A DNA stretch of 64,000 nt from Nibricoccus sp. GTDB taxonomy: Bacteria > Verrucomicrobiota > Verrucomicrobiia > Opitutales > Opitutaceae. Location of the stretch: NCBI GenBank assembly GCA_047602425.1, contig JASGHG010000001.1, forward strand, positions 4,288,001 through 4,352,000, in the 5' to 3' direction. Of the stretch, positions 19,922 through 30,357 are shown piece after piece. Made by a program: the position numbers and the translations under genes. Positions within the stretch are counted from its first letter, which is position 1; every line of letters begins with the position of its first letter. A model generated the notes under the pieces. The model ran no database searches. It worked only from the letters and a program-made list of their open reading frames with translations, and was not told the origin of the DNA.

Positions 19922-22513
19922 GTGTCCCCACGCGAATTGCCCATCTACGAAATCGAGAATGCCGTCGTTTCCCATCTTCGGGCTCAGGGCCGGCTGATCG
20001 TGCAGGCGCCAACCGGTTCGGGCAAATCCACGCAGATTCCGCAGATGCTTTATCGTCATGGGTTGCTCGGCGAGCGCGGCGAAGTGGTGGTGCTTCAGCC
20101 GCGTCGGCTGGCGACCCGGATGCTGGCAAAACGCGTGGCCGAAGAAATGTCCGTGCCGCTCGGCGATGTCGTGGGTTACCAAATACGACTCGAAGCGCGG
20201 GTCAGCGAACGCACACGCATCCGGTTTGTCACCGAAGGTATTTTGCTGCGTCAAATGTCGTTTGACGCTTCCCTGCGCGGTGTAAGCGCGCTGGTCTTCG
20301 ACGAATTTCATGAGCGGCATCTTTACGGAGACATCTCGCTGGCGCGGGCGATTCAGATTCAGCAAACGACGCGGCCCGACCTGAAAATCATCGTGATGTC
20401 GGCGACGTTGGACGCCGGTGTGTTGAAGGAATATCTGGCGCCCTGCGAAGTGCTGAAGTCGGAAGGTCGGACCTTTCCGGTGCGCATCGAATATTTGGCG
20501 AAGACGGCGAATTTCGAGCAGGAGCCGGTCTGGGATGTGGCGGCGCGCGAATGCGTGCGCGTGGCGGAGGCGACCAGCGGCGATTTTTTGGTCTTCATGC
20601 CCGGCGCGTACGAGATCAGCCGAACCGTTCAGGCCCTCCAAGGCGATCGTGGGCTGCGCGACTTCGTGATTTTTCCGTTGCATGGCGAACTTCCGCCCGA
20701 CCAGCAGGACCGCGCGGTGGCACGTTACGAAACGCGCAAAATCATCGTGTCGACCAATGTTGCCGAAACATCGCTGACCATCGACGGGGTGACGGCGGTA
20801 ATTGACGGCGGTTTGGCGCGTGTGGCGCGTTACGATGCGAATCGCGGGATCAATACGCTGCTCATCGAAAAAATTTCGGTGGCCTCCGCCGACCAGCGGG
20901 CGGGCCGCGCCGGCCGCACGGCGCCAGGTATCTGCGTGCGGTTGTGGACTGAACGCGAGCACGCGCAGCGTCCTTTGCAGGAATTGCCCGAGGTGCGCCG
21001 GCTCGATCTCGCGGAAGTGGTGCTCACGCTCAAAGCCAGCGGCATCGACGACGTGGCAGGTTTCCCTTGGTTGGAGAAACCTGAACCGAAGGCGCTCGAA
21101 CGGGCGGAAATGTTGTTGGAGGATTTGGGTGCGGTGGCATTTGAAAAAAGGAACAAGGGCCAAGGTCCAAGTGCCAAGGAGACAGCGGCGCTTTCGCGCA
21201 TCACGGAGGTAGGACGGAAGATGCTGCGTTTTCCGGTGCATCCGCGTTACGCGCGCATGTTGCTGGAGGCCGATGCGCGCGGTTGTGTACGGCCAGTGGC
21301 GATGATGGCGGCGCTAACCCAAGGTAGAAATTTTCTTCTTCGAGGCGTGCCACGCGAAGTCGAGGACGCCCGCGAGAACGTGCTCGGCGAAGAACACGAA
21401 TCGGATTTCTTTTTGCTGATGCGAGCCTGGCGTTACGCGGACCAGAATCGTTACGCACTCGATGCCTGCCGGCGTCTTGGGATTCATGCGCAGGGCGCGC
21501 GGCAGGTCGGACCATTGTTCGAACAATTTTTGGAAATTGCGGAGAAGGAAAAACTCGACGTGAGCGAGCGCCGTGTCGACGGCGAGGCGGTGCGCAAATG
21601 CGTGCTCGCCGGATTTTCCGATCACTTGGCGAAACGCCTGGATGCCGGCACGCTGCGCTGTGAGCTCGTGCACAAGCGCAAAGGCCTTCTCGCCCGCGAA
21701 AGTGCGATTGGCAAAACACCACTGCTCGTCGCGGCCGAAGTGAGTGAAGTCGAAGGCCGCGGGGGAGAAGTCAACGTGTTGCTGAGCCTGGCCACGGCGA
21801 TTCAGGAACCTTGGCTCAAGGAATTGTTTCCGGATGACTATTTCGAGGCGACGGGCGTGGTTTACGATGAGCAGGCGAAGCGTGTGATTGCGCGCCGTGA
21901 ACGGCGCTTTCGCGATCTTGTATTGGAGTCGAAGGCGAGTGCGGAGAATGTTCCTTACGACGAGGCCGCGCGTTTGCTGACCGCGCAGGTGATGGCGGGC
22001 AACTTGAAGCTCGAAGCGTGGGACGAATCGGTGGAGCAATGGATTGTGCGCGTGAATCGGCTTGCGGAATGGTTTCCCGAACTGGAAGTGAATCCGCTGA
22101 CCGACGCCGACCGGGCGACGTTGATCGAACAGATTTGTTACGGCGAACTTGGCTACAAAGACATTCGCGACAAACCCGTGATGCCAATCCTGCGCGACTG
22201 GCTGACGGCGGAGCAGCTTGCGGTATTGGACGACTATTTACCCGAACGACTCACCATGGCCAATGGCCGGCGTTCACGTCTGACTTATGCGAAGGAAGGT
22301 CCGCCGATTCTCTCCGCGCGCATTCAAGAACTCTACGGAGTCGAGGGAAAATTCACGCTCGGCCACGGGCGTGTGACGGTGAAGATCGAAGTGCTCGCGC
22401 CGAACCAGCGCCCGATCCAAGTCACCGACGACCTCACGAATTTCTGGCGCGACCAATATCCGAAAATCAAAACGGAACTTTCGCGGCGCTACCCACGCCA
22501 CGAATGGCGATGA
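19922..22513 (+). CDS. hrpB: ATP-dependent RNA helicase HrpB
   Basis: APTGSGKST, DEFHER, MSAT, TNVAETSLTI, QRAGRAGR, C-terminal RRYPRHEW. Confidence 0.95.
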   Translation: MSPRELPIYEIENAVVSHLRAQGRLIVQAPTGSGKSTQIPQMLYRHGLLGERGEVVVLQPRRLATRMLAKRVAEEMSVPLGDVVGYQIRLEARVSERTRIRFVTEGILLRQMSFDASLRGVSALVFDEFHERHLYGDISLARAIQIQQTTRPDLKIIVMSATLDAGVLKEYLAPCEVLKSEGRTFPVRIEYLAKTANFEQEPVWDVAARECVRVAEATSGDFLVFMPGAYEISRTVQALQGDRGLRDFVIFPLHGELPPDQQDRAVARYETRKIIVSTNVAETSLTIDGVTAVIDGGLARVARYDANRGINTLLIEKISVASADQRAGRAGRTAPGICVRLWTEREHAQRPLQELPEVRRLDLAEVVLTLKASGIDDVAGFPWLEKPEPKALERAEMLLEDLGAVAFEKRNKGQGPSAKETAALSRITEVGRKMLRFPVHPRYARMLLEADARGCVRPVAMMAALTQGRNFLLRGVPREVEDARENVLGEEHESDFFLLMRAWRYADQNRYALDACRRLGIHAQGARQVGPLFEQFLEIAEKEKLDVSERRVDGEAVRKCVLAGFSDHLAKRLDAGTLRCELVHKRKGLLARESAIGKTPLLVAAEVSEVEGRGGEVNVLLSLATAIQEPWLKELFPDDYFEATGVVYDEQAKRVIARRERRFRDLVLESKASAENVPYDEAARLLTAQVMAGNLKLEAWDESVEQWIVRVNRLAEWFPELEVNPLTDADRATLIEQICYGELGYKDIRDKPVMPILRDWLTAEQLAVLDDYLPERLTMANGRRSRLTYAKEGPPILSARIQELYGVEGKFTLGHGRVTVKIEVLAPNQRPIQVTDDLTNFWRDQYPKIKTELSRRYPRHEWR

Positions 22514-22561
22514 GGAGGACGGACGCCACGGGAAGCGGCATCTCTTTGACGTCAGCTTATT

Positions 22562-22777
22562 CTAGAGAACCTGGCAAAGGCCGCAGACGAGGACAACGAG
22601 GCCGAGGCTGATGTGAAACTGGAGCTGGCGCCAATGCTTCCACTGGGTTTCGTATTCGTGCGAATCAGCATCGGTGCGGGACACCACCATCCGGTTGAAG
22701 GCCGAACTGCCCTGTTGGTGACAAAGCGCGGCGAGGAAAAAGCCGACGAGGATGAAAGCTGTGAGAAATACTGCCAT
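22562..22777 (-). CDS. Small two-TM hypothetical protein
   Basis: Two hydrophobic segments in an otherwise unoccupied gap; ATG start. Confidence 0.45.
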   Translation of the reverse strand: MAVFLTAFILVGFFLAALCHQQGSSAFNRMVVSRTDADSHEYETQWKHWRQLQFHISLGLVVLVCGLCQVL

Positions 22778-22977
22778 CGTGAGGCAAACGGAATTCCCGT
22801 TTGTGTATTCTGCAAACGAAGCAAAAAGGAATTAGCATCTGTTGAGTGGGTCGGTTCGTATGCCTAGTATTAGCTTTGCTGCGAATTCCACGGAGGGAGT
22901 GTTTACGTTAAATTAGTTTCATCCCAGGCCGACAGCTGACGGCGCACCGCGCGAACGACGCGGAATCCAAACCTGCG

Positions 22978-24183
22978 TTAGAATCGCAACGACAGTTGTT
23001 CGCGGGATTGCAGGGCGTGGGGCGCATGCCGCTGGTCGACGATGGCATTGGCAAAAGCCGGCGTAGTGACATGGAGCAATTCTTCCAGCGGAGCTTCGGT
23101 GATAACGTAGCGCTCATGACCGATTTCGTGCAGGAATCGAGTGTGGAGTCGGCAGACACGTTCGCTATCGCGACTCAAGCCGAGTTCCTGGGCAATCAGT
23201 TCGACCAGTGGCACCAATTCGCAGAACGGAGGGTCGTGGGGAAGTGAAATTGGTTCGTTGCGATCCGCGATGACCTCCACGCGATCGCGCGAACCGACGA
23301 TCAATGGACGTTCGCAATGGGCGCAGATGCTGCCGTGTTGGGCGTTCTGACAAAAGCCACAGTAATTGTAGTAGTAACCGGTGCGTTCGCAGGGGTATTT
23401 CACATAGCGGAGCAGTCGTGTTTGCGCGGGGTGGCGCAGTGTGGATATGACCGAATCATAGTTGGGCTCGATATCGAGGATGGTATATTCACGACCCAGT
23501 TTGGCTGGGGAATGCGCATCGGAGGAACAAATCAGCGTGTGGCCATCGAGTGCGGAAATGCGGCGACACATGGCAGGGGTGGAGGTGATGCCGGTTTCGA
23601 TGGCGAGCAGATGACGGGCGTTATCACCGAAGATTTCCTGGAGTGTCTGGCGTCCGCTCACGCTGCCGAGCGAGGAGAACCACGGGCTGAGTACGTGAGC
23701 CGGAGCGAGTTCACAGCCGTCGCCGTGGTCGAGGATGAGGGCAAGAAGGTCGTGCGAACTCAGCGCGAGGGTGGGGCGTCCGTCTTTCAGGTCACCGAAG
23801 CGAAGCAGTTTTTCGCGGAGACGGCGAACGCTCGCGAGTGACCGAAAATAAAGCAGGTGATGAAGTCCGCCGAGACGTTTGGTGCCATGCGGAGCGCAGC
23901 AGACTTCGGTGCTAAGCACGAAGCGCACCGGGCGCTGCAGGTGCAACGGCAAGGTTTCGCGGCTGGTTTGATAAGTTTCGGCGCGCGGGAGCAAAAACCC
24001 AGAGCCCGTTTCAAAGAGATGCCCCTCAATTTCTCGCAGCCAATCGGATTGCAGGCAGTCGCCGGTGCCGAGCACGTCTAGGCCCTTGCATTGGGCGCAG
24101 GTGATGATGCGGGGCAACGTCATGTCGGGCGAAACGTGGCCGGCGTAGCGCGAGTGGAGGTGAAGATCGACGGCGAGTTTCAT
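22978..24183 (-). CDS. Endonuclease Q family (PHP domain plus Zn finger) protein
   Basis: DLHLHSRY, GTGD, HHLL, PAHVLSPWFS, IETG, SDAHS..KLGRE, CGFC/CAHC, GSRDRV. Confidence 0.85.
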   Translation of the reverse strand: MKLAVDLHLHSRYAGHVSPDMTLPRIITCAQCKGLDVLGTGDCLQSDWLREIEGHLFETGSGFLLPRAETYQTSRETLPLHLQRPVRFVLSTEVCCAPHGTKRLGGLHHLLYFRSLASVRRLREKLLRFGDLKDGRPTLALSSHDLLALILDHGDGCELAPAHVLSPWFSSLGSVSGRQTLQEIFGDNARHLLAIETGITSTPAMCRRISALDGHTLICSSDAHSPAKLGREYTILDIEPNYDSVISTLRHPAQTRLLRYVKYPCERTGYYYNYCGFCQNAQHGSICAHCERPLIVGSRDRVEVIADRNEPISLPHDPPFCELVPLVELIAQELGLSRDSERVCRLHTRFLHEIGHERYVITEAPLEELLHVTTPAFANAIVDQRHAPHALQSREQLSLRF

Positions 24184-24213
24184 GGTGGTGGATGGTTTGG
24201 TTTTTGCGCGCGA

Positions 24214-27200
24214 TCAGTGGAAATCATGTGAGGTTTGCGCAGGCAGGTCCGAGTCGTGAAGCGGTTCGATCCGCTCGGCGCGGATGTGGATAACGCCGGA
24301 GACGTTTTGCAGCGGGCCGGTGATTTTGAGCGCGGGCTCCTGTGTGATCACGAGGCGGAGTTCTTCGAACAGCGCAGGGGCGACGACGGCATTGGCAATA
24401 CCGGTTTCGTCTTCGAGACTTACGAACACGACACCCTGTGCGGTGCCAGGTCGCTGGCGGCAGATGACCGAACCGGCGATGGTGACGCGAGTTTCATTGG
24501 CGATTTCTTTTAGATCGGTGGCACGAGTGACATCGGTCAGACGATCACGCAGCAAAGCCATCGGGTGGCGACCGGCAGTGAGACCGAGGCCGCGGAAATC
24601 GGCGCCAAGGCGTTCGGTGAGCGACATGGGTGCGAGCGGCGAGGCAGTGTCTTCGGATTGTCCGAAAAGGCGGAAAAGGCTCTCGTCATCGGACCACGCG
24701 GCTTCGACTTTCCACAGTGCATCGCGACGGTGGCGGGCGAGGCAATTGAGTGCGCCGACGGAGGCGAGCGAGCGACGCTCGGCGGCGGTTAAATCGGTGC
24801 GACGGAGAAAATCGTCCATCGATGCGAAGGCTTTTTCGCAACGCGCGGCGAGCAGTTGTTGCACGCCGGCTTCCCGCAGTCCTTTCACATAGCGCAGGCC
24901 GATGCGCATGGTGTTTGGTCCCTCGACCGTGCAAATCCAGTCGGAGTGTTGCACGCAAACCGGATTGACCTGGAGTTGGCAGTGACCGCGCTTGGCGTCC
25001 TGGAGCAACGTGGCCGGCGAGTAGAATCCCATCGGCTGGTTGTTGAGCAGGCTGGCATAAAACTCTGCTGGCCGATGAAACTTCAGCCACGTGCTCGAAT
25101 AGGCGAGCATCGCGAAGCCAATGGCGTGCGATTCGGGAAAACCATAGGCGGCAAAGGTCGTGGCGGAATGGACGACTTTGTCGACGACGGCCTTGTTGTA
25201 GCCCTGCTGGCGCAGCGCGGCAACGAGTTTGCGGAGGGATTTGGCGAGCCGCTCAGGATTTTTGGTGAAGCCCATCGCGCGTCGCAGTTCCTCGGCCTCG
25301 GCGCCAGAGAACTTCGCGAGCGACATGGAGATTTCCAGCATCTGCTCCTGAAAGAGAATGACGCCCATCGTGCGCTCGAGAATGGGTTTGACGAGATGCT
25401 CGACGCTCTTGTCGATATAAACAGGTTCCTCCAGGCCGTCCCGCCGGCGGATAAGCGGATGCACGAGCTTGCCAGTGATCGGGCCGGGACGAACGAGCGC
25501 GACTTCGATGGCGAGATCGTAAAGATCCTTCGGCTTGAAACGCGGCAGTGTGGCCATCTGGGCACGGCTCTCGATCTGGAAAACGCCCACGGTATCGGCG
25601 GCGCGAATACGTTCGTAGGTGAATTTGTCCTCGGGCGGAATATCGTTGAGATGGTTCGGTCCGTCGGGACGCTGGCGGCAAAGTTCGACCGTTTCCTGCA
25701 GCACGGCCATCATGCCGAGGCCGAGAAAATCGATTTTCACGATGCCGAGATTCTCGCAATCGTCTTTGTCCCACTGGCAGACGCTCCGATCGGTCATGGT
25801 GGCGGGTTCGAGCGGGACAACCTTGTCGAGCTGGCCCTGACAGATCACCATGCCGCCGGAGTGCTGGCCGAGGTGGCGCGGCAAGCCTTGGCGAAAATGA
25901 TGGTTGAGCCGGGCGAGTGCGAAGGCGCGCGGATGATCGGCCGCGATGCCGGACATTTTGAGTTGATCCTGCAACTGGAGCGTCTGCGGAAAATCGCCGT
26001 TGGCATAAAGACTGGAAAACCGATCCAAAGCGTCATCGCCGAAGCCGAGGACCTTGCCGACTTCGCGAATGGTGCTGCGGCCGCGGTAGGTGATGACGTT
26101 GGCGGTCATGGCGGCCCCGCGCCGGCCGTAGCGATTGTAGACTTCCTGGATCACGCTCTCGCGCCGCTCGCCGCTGGGGAAATCAAGATCGATGTCGGGC
26201 CACGAAGGGCGGCCATCCTTGCCGACGCGGCTGTCGTTGAGGAAACGCTCGAAAAGCAGGCGGTGTTTGAGCGGATTCACTGCGGTGATGCCGAGCACGT
26301 AACAAACGGCGCTGTTGGCGGCGCTGCCGCGGCCTTGGACGAGGATGCCACGCGAACGGGCCCACGCACAGATATCCCAAACGATGAGAAAATATCCGGA
26401 GAATTTCAGGCGTGCGATGAGCTCAAGTTCCTTATTGAGCTGTTTGATCAGCTCCTCGGGCAATGAATCCAAGCGCCGATGGGCGCAGGCGAAAGTCTGC
26501 TCGCGCAGAAAAGCGTCCATCGATTGGCCGGGCGGTGTGGGAAAGGTTGGGAACTCATAGCCGAGATTTTCGAGCGTGAAGCCGAGACGCTCATTGAGCC
26601 GCGCGGAATTTTCCACGGCAGATGGAAAATCGCAGAAAAGCTCGCGCATAATCTGCGCAGTTTTCACATGACGCTGGGAATTGATTTCGAGTTTTCTTCC
26701 AGCGGAATCGAGCGTGGTGTGCAGGCGCAGACAGCTGAAAACGTCAGCGACAACGCGATGCTCCGGGACGGCATAGTTCACTCCGCCGGTGGCGAGCATT
26801 GGGAGGCGATGTGCGGCAGCGAGGTCGGCGAGGAATTTGATTTCACGCTCCTCGCCGCGGATGCGGTGGCGCTGAAGTTCGACGAACACGTTGTCAGGAC
26901 CAAAGATTGTCGTAAGCTTTTTGAGCGCTTCGGCTGCAGCAGTTTTGTCGGCCGTGCGCCAGGCACGGCGAATGGGCCCTTCCTCGTCGCCGGTGAGCGC
27001 GATCAAGCCATGGGAAAAACGCGCGAGTTCGTCCCACGTGGCGAAGCACGGGCGTTTGCGTTCGGAAGGATCGGCGCCCGCTGGAAGTTCGGGCAGTACG
27101 AGGTTGGGAGGGCGCTCAGTGAGTTTTGCTTCAGTGATGAGCTGACAGAGGTTTTGATAGCCGGTGCGCGTGGCGACGAGCAGAGGCACGATGCTGCCAT

Positions 27201-27420
27201 CTTCCATGGTGATTTCGGCGCCGACGCGCGGGCAAAGTGCAAAATTGTTTTCCTGTGCTGCACCATAAAAACGCGGTGCGCCGTACACGCCGTCCCGATC
27301 GAGTAGAGCCATGGCGGGCAATTGTGCGTCGATGCCTGCTTGCACGAGATCTTCGGGCAAAGACGCGCCGCGCAAAAAGCTGAAGGCGCTGCGGGCGTGA
27401 AGTTCAATGTAGGCGCTCAT
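24214..27420 (-). CDS. dnaE2: Error-prone DNA polymerase III alpha (ImuC)
   Basis: YIELHARSAFSFL PHP domain, GRGSAANS, PDIDLDF, PRHLGQHSGG, GFPESHA, C-terminal SHDFH. Confidence 0.96.
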   Translation of the reverse strand: MSAYIELHARSAFSFLRGASLPEDLVQAGIDAQLPAMALLDRDGVYGAPRFYGAAQENNFALCPRVGAEITMEDGSIVPLLVATRTGYQNLCQLITEAKLTERPPNLVLPELPAGADPSERKRPCFATWDELARFSHGLIALTGDEEGPIRRAWRTADKTAAAEALKKLTTIFGPDNVFVELQRHRIRGEEREIKFLADLAAAHRLPMLATGGVNYAVPEHRVVADVFSCLRLHTTLDSAGRKLEINSQRHVKTAQIMRELFCDFPSAVENSARLNERLGFTLENLGYEFPTFPTPPGQSMDAFLREQTFACAHRRLDSLPEELIKQLNKELELIARLKFSGYFLIVWDICAWARSRGILVQGRGSAANSAVCYVLGITAVNPLKHRLLFERFLNDSRVGKDGRPSWPDIDLDFPSGERRESVIQEVYNRYGRRGAAMTANVITYRGRSTIREVGKVLGFGDDALDRFSSLYANGDFPQTLQLQDQLKMSGIAADHPRAFALARLNHHFRQGLPRHLGQHSGGMVICQGQLDKVVPLEPATMTDRSVCQWDKDDCENLGIVKIDFLGLGMMAVLQETVELCRQRPDGPNHLNDIPPEDKFTYERIRAADTVGVFQIESRAQMATLPRFKPKDLYDLAIEVALVRPGPITGKLVHPLIRRRDGLEEPVYIDKSVEHLVKPILERTMGVILFQEQMLEISMSLAKFSGAEAEELRRAMGFTKNPERLAKSLRKLVAALRQQGYNKAVVDKVVHSATTFAAYGFPESHAIGFAMLAYSSTWLKFHRPAEFYASLLNNQPMGFYSPATLLQDAKRGHCQLQVNPVCVQHSDWICTVEGPNTMRIGLRYVKGLREAGVQQLLAARCEKAFASMDDFLRRTDLTAAERRSLASVGALNCLARHRRDALWKVEAAWSDDESLFRLFGQSEDTASPLAPMSLTERLGADFRGLGLTAGRHPMALLRDRLTDVTRATDLKEIANETRVTIAGSVICRQRPGTAQGVVFVSLEDETGIANAVVAPALFEELRLVITQEPALKITGPLQNVSGVIHIRAERIEPLHDSDLPAQTSHDFH

Positions 27421-27430
27421 GGCTTCGCGC

Positions 27431-27527
27431 AAATTTCAAAATTCCAAAATTTCAAAACCCAAAAACAGAAGCGCGTTGGCGCGCAGATTTCCTTTTTTGG
27501 GGTTGGAGTTTTGGCGTTTGGGATTTC
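27431..27527. repeat. Inverted AAATTYC-type 7/8-mer arrays between imuB and dnaE2
   Basis: AAATTTC AAAATTCC AAAATTTC AAAACCC ... GGGGTT GGAGTTTT GGCGTTT GGGATTT. Confidence 0.7.
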
Positions 27528-27543
27528 TGAAAAATGGAATTTT

Positions 27544-29001
27544 TCAGTCATATTCTCCTTCGATGAAAAACGCCTCATTGATCTGGATCAGGCGATAGAG
27601 GCCGCCGTCGGTTAGAACGATGTCCCATTCCGTGCGGGCCCAAGCGCGGTCAGGTTGCCACCAATCGCCATTGCTGCGCCAGGGGCCAAGAATAGTGTCG
27701 ATGGCTCCGTGAAAAGGTTCGGCCCAGAGGTAGGTGGGTGTCTCGCCAGTGAATTCCAGTTTGACTGGCAGCGGTGGACGAAAACGACGCAGCGGAAGGC
27801 CGACAGGCGGATGAATGGCTGTGTCGGGCGCGGGTGGAATGACAGCAAGCGGTGGGACGAGTTTGACCGCGTCGGGACGGTACGAGTCTTCAAGTTGTGG
27901 TGTGCCGATCCGGTCAGAACCGACAATGGCGACGACCCGTGCAAGCGTTTCGGCGAAGCCGTGAGGATCGCGCAGGCCGGTTTCGAATAGCCCTTGCTGG
28001 CGCACCAGAGGACGTGTGGGAATCAGACGCAGTTGCAGCGCCACGATGGGCGAGGCGGTTTGCACGGATTCGAGGTGCGTATGCAAGGTGCGGAAAAGAA
28101 TTTCCACCTCACCGGTTGGTTCGGGCAGTCGAAAACGACGCCCGTATTGCGTGTCGTCTTCGAGTCGAAGGGCGAGTTCGATTTCGACGGCGACGAGTTG
28201 TGCGACGCGAAGTTCCAGGGTGAGCCGATCAAGGAAACGGCGAAGCAGGAATAACAACGGCTCCAGCGTTTCGACAGGCTCTTCAAACTCGAACTTGGCG
28301 GAAAAATCCTGCGGCGGCGTGGCGAGCTTGAGCGGGCGGGAGTTGTCGCCCGTTGCGCGATTCCAAAAGGCGAGACCTTCGGCGCCGAAGCGATGGATGA
28401 TTTCGTCGCGCGGCAGGGCGGTGAGATCGCCAAGAGTTCGCAGACCCCATTGGGCGAAAACCTCGGCGAGTTCAGCCGAAGGAGTGGCGGTCGACAGTGG
28501 TAGCGGAGCGAGGAAGGATTCTTCGTCGGAAATTTTGAAGACGGGATTTGCCACACGAGCGGCATAAAGCGCGAGCCGCGGCGTCCGAGCGAGGCCGGCG
28601 GTGGCAGGCAGGCCGAGAAGATTGAGCTGGGCAACCGCTTCGAGGGCGCGCGGAGTGTGTTGTAACGGATCGAGACCTTGCAATGCGATGGTGCAAATGC
28701 CTGGTTCGGTTTCTTCGACCGAAGGCGAGAGCGTGAATGCTAGTGCGAGCAGTACGCGGGCGGCTTCGCTCTCGGCTTCCGGCTCGGGCGTGCGGATGAG
28801 CAGCGAGGCGCAGCGGGCGACGGCTTGCGGAGCGGTCATGCCGAGGCAAACACCGGCATTGCGGGCGGGGGCATTGGCAGCGAGGACGAGGGATTTTTTT
28901 CGCGTGCCGTCAAAGAGCGCTGCGGGACGGCCGGCCGTTTCCGGTTCGTTGCGAAGTACGGCGTGCAGCGCGAAGTCGGCGATGTGGAGGACGGCGAACA
29001 T
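27544..29001 (-). CDS. imuB: Inactive Y-family polymerase ImuB
   Basis: Y-family fold motifs (GVCLGMT..QA), QQGLF clamp motif, GPWR..GDWW and GEYD C-terminus; position between imuA and dnaE2. Confidence 0.9.
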   Translation of the reverse strand: MFAVLHIADFALHAVLRNEPETAGRPAALFDGTRKKSLVLAANAPARNAGVCLGMTAPQAVARCASLLIRTPEPEAESEAARVLLALAFTLSPSVEETEPGICTIALQGLDPLQHTPRALEAVAQLNLLGLPATAGLARTPRLALYAARVANPVFKISDEESFLAPLPLSTATPSAELAEVFAQWGLRTLGDLTALPRDEIIHRFGAEGLAFWNRATGDNSRPLKLATPPQDFSAKFEFEEPVETLEPLLFLLRRFLDRLTLELRVAQLVAVEIELALRLEDDTQYGRRFRLPEPTGEVEILFRTLHTHLESVQTASPIVALQLRLIPTRPLVRQQGLFETGLRDPHGFAETLARVVAIVGSDRIGTPQLEDSYRPDAVKLVPPLAVIPPAPDTAIHPPVGLPLRRFRPPLPVKLEFTGETPTYLWAEPFHGAIDTILGPWRSNGDWWQPDRAWARTEWDIVLTDGGLYRLIQINEAFFIEGEYD

Positions 29002-29011
29002 GAGGACGGAC

Positions 29012-29049
29012 TTTTTTAACCGCTAATTTGCGCTAATGGACGCTAATTT
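29012..29049. repeat. AACCGCTAAT-type 9/10-mer array (single arm) between imuA and imuB
   Basis: TTTTTTAACCGCTAATTTGCGCTAATGGACGCTAATTT; near-identical to 1247-1276. Confidence 0.75.
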
Positions 29050-29076
29050 CTAAAACGCGTTGGCGGTAGGATGCGA

Positions 29077-29727
29077 TTAACCGGCTGCTGCGGTCTGCAG
29101 TCGCTGACGTTGAACCGTGGGTGCGAGTTGTGTCGTGAGTGCGGGGCGCTCGGCTTCAAGCGCGGCGATGGGATGCGAACGATCGAGCACGAAGCGCAAC
29201 CTGGCGCTAGGCACAAGGGCGAACGGCGTCTCGATCAGGAGAGGCAGGCCGCTTTGTTCGGCGGCGCGTTGCAGGCGATACCAGGAGGTTGAGGGTTCGC
29301 GACGCAGTTCGCGCTCGGGTAGACCACGCACGTCAATGAGCACGAGCCCAAAGTTCGCATCGCGTGCGAGCAGATCGGCGACTTGCATCGTTTCAGAAAG
29401 CGTGTGGCAGCGAACCCATACGAGGTGGGCGAGGGCGTCTTGGGTGAAGGACTGTGGATCGAAGGTGTTGGCGCCATCGACCAGTGCGACGCGCAGGCGC
29501 TGCTGGCGACTTGCTTCGAGCAGGCGCGCCAAAACGAGGGTGCCGCCACCACTGGGCGTGGAGCAGATGATTTCGGTTATGGAGCCGGTTGGAAGACCAC
29601 CAGTAGCGGAGTCGATGGAAGGCAGGCCCGTGGCGATGCGATTGCCCTGAACCGTCGCGATGGTGTCGGGGAAGCGGCGGGCAAGGAGGTCGCGCAAAGC
29701 GTGGAGTTTTTCGGAGGCGGCAGGCAT
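29077..29727 (-). CDS. imuA: RecA-like ImuA protein
   Basis: IATGLPSIDSATGGLPTGSITEI, ALVDGANTFDP; degenerate Walker A; operon position. Confidence 0.85.
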   Translation of the reverse strand: MPAASEKLHALRDLLARRFPDTIATVQGNRIATGLPSIDSATGGLPTGSITEIICSTPSGGGTLVLARLLEASRQQRLRVALVDGANTFDPQSFTQDALAHLVWVRCHTLSETMQVADLLARDANFGLVLIDVRGLPERELRREPSTSWYRLQRAAEQSGLPLLIETPFALVPSARLRFVLDRSHPIAALEAERPALTTQLAPTVQRQRLQTAAAG

Positions 29728-29754
29728 GCACGTCTGGTTCTCATGATTGCGCGT

Positions 29755-30357
29755 TTATGCGTGCGGTCGAAGGAGGCCGACCATGACACCTTGAATAACG
29801 AGCTCGCGCGCCGGAATAAGATCGGGGTAGCGGGGATTTTCCGCGCGCAGGTAGGACTGGCCGCGTTGAACGAGAAAACGTTTCAAGGTCGATTCGCCGT
29901 CGATCAGTGCGGCCACGATGTCGCTGGCGCGTGGTTCGCGTTTGACGAGAAAAACGACATCGCCATCCAGAATGCCCGCGCCGGTCATCGAGTCGCCGCG
30001 CACGGTGAGGGCGAAGAGCGAAGTGTTGGCGCGCAGACCAAGCGCAACGGGATCGATGGCGACATGTTTGTCCGGTTGCTGTTCGGCTTCGACGGGAAGA
30101 CCGGCGGGGATGGTGCCATAGAGAGGCACGGCGGTGAACGACGGATTGTGCAGCGTCGGCGCAGTGAAACCACGGGCTTTGCCGGGGCGGCGGGCGAGTG
30201 CGCCTTTTTTCTCCAAGGCCTGCAAATGCCGTGTGACGGCGAAGGGGCTGGCGAAACCGAAATGTGCCTGAATCTCACGCAACGTCGGCGGCACTCCGTG
30301 CTTGCGCTGATGCGCATGCACGTAATCGAGAACCTGTTGTTGGCGCTTTGTCAGCAT
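29755..30357 (-). CDS. lexA: SOS repressor LexA
   Basis: MLTKRQ..., PPTLREI HTH, Ala-Gly cleavage site (IPAG), GDSM serine, TLKR lysine; ATG 30357. Confidence 0.95.
   Translation of the reverse strand: MLTKRQQQVLDYVHAHQRKHGVPPTLREIQAHFGFASPFAVTRHLQALEKKGALARRPGKARGFTAPTLHNPSFTAVPLYGTIPAGLPVEAEQQPDKHVAIDPVALGLRANTSLFALTVRGDSMTGAGILDGDVVFLVKREPRASDIVAALIDGESTLKRFLVQRGQSYLRAENPRYPDLIPARELVIQGVMVGLLRPHA

Noticed and set aside
19783..19944. N-terminal extension of the S41 protease
   Set aside because: Signal peptide starts at ATG 19782; the extension overlaps the hrpB start and the divergent promoter region
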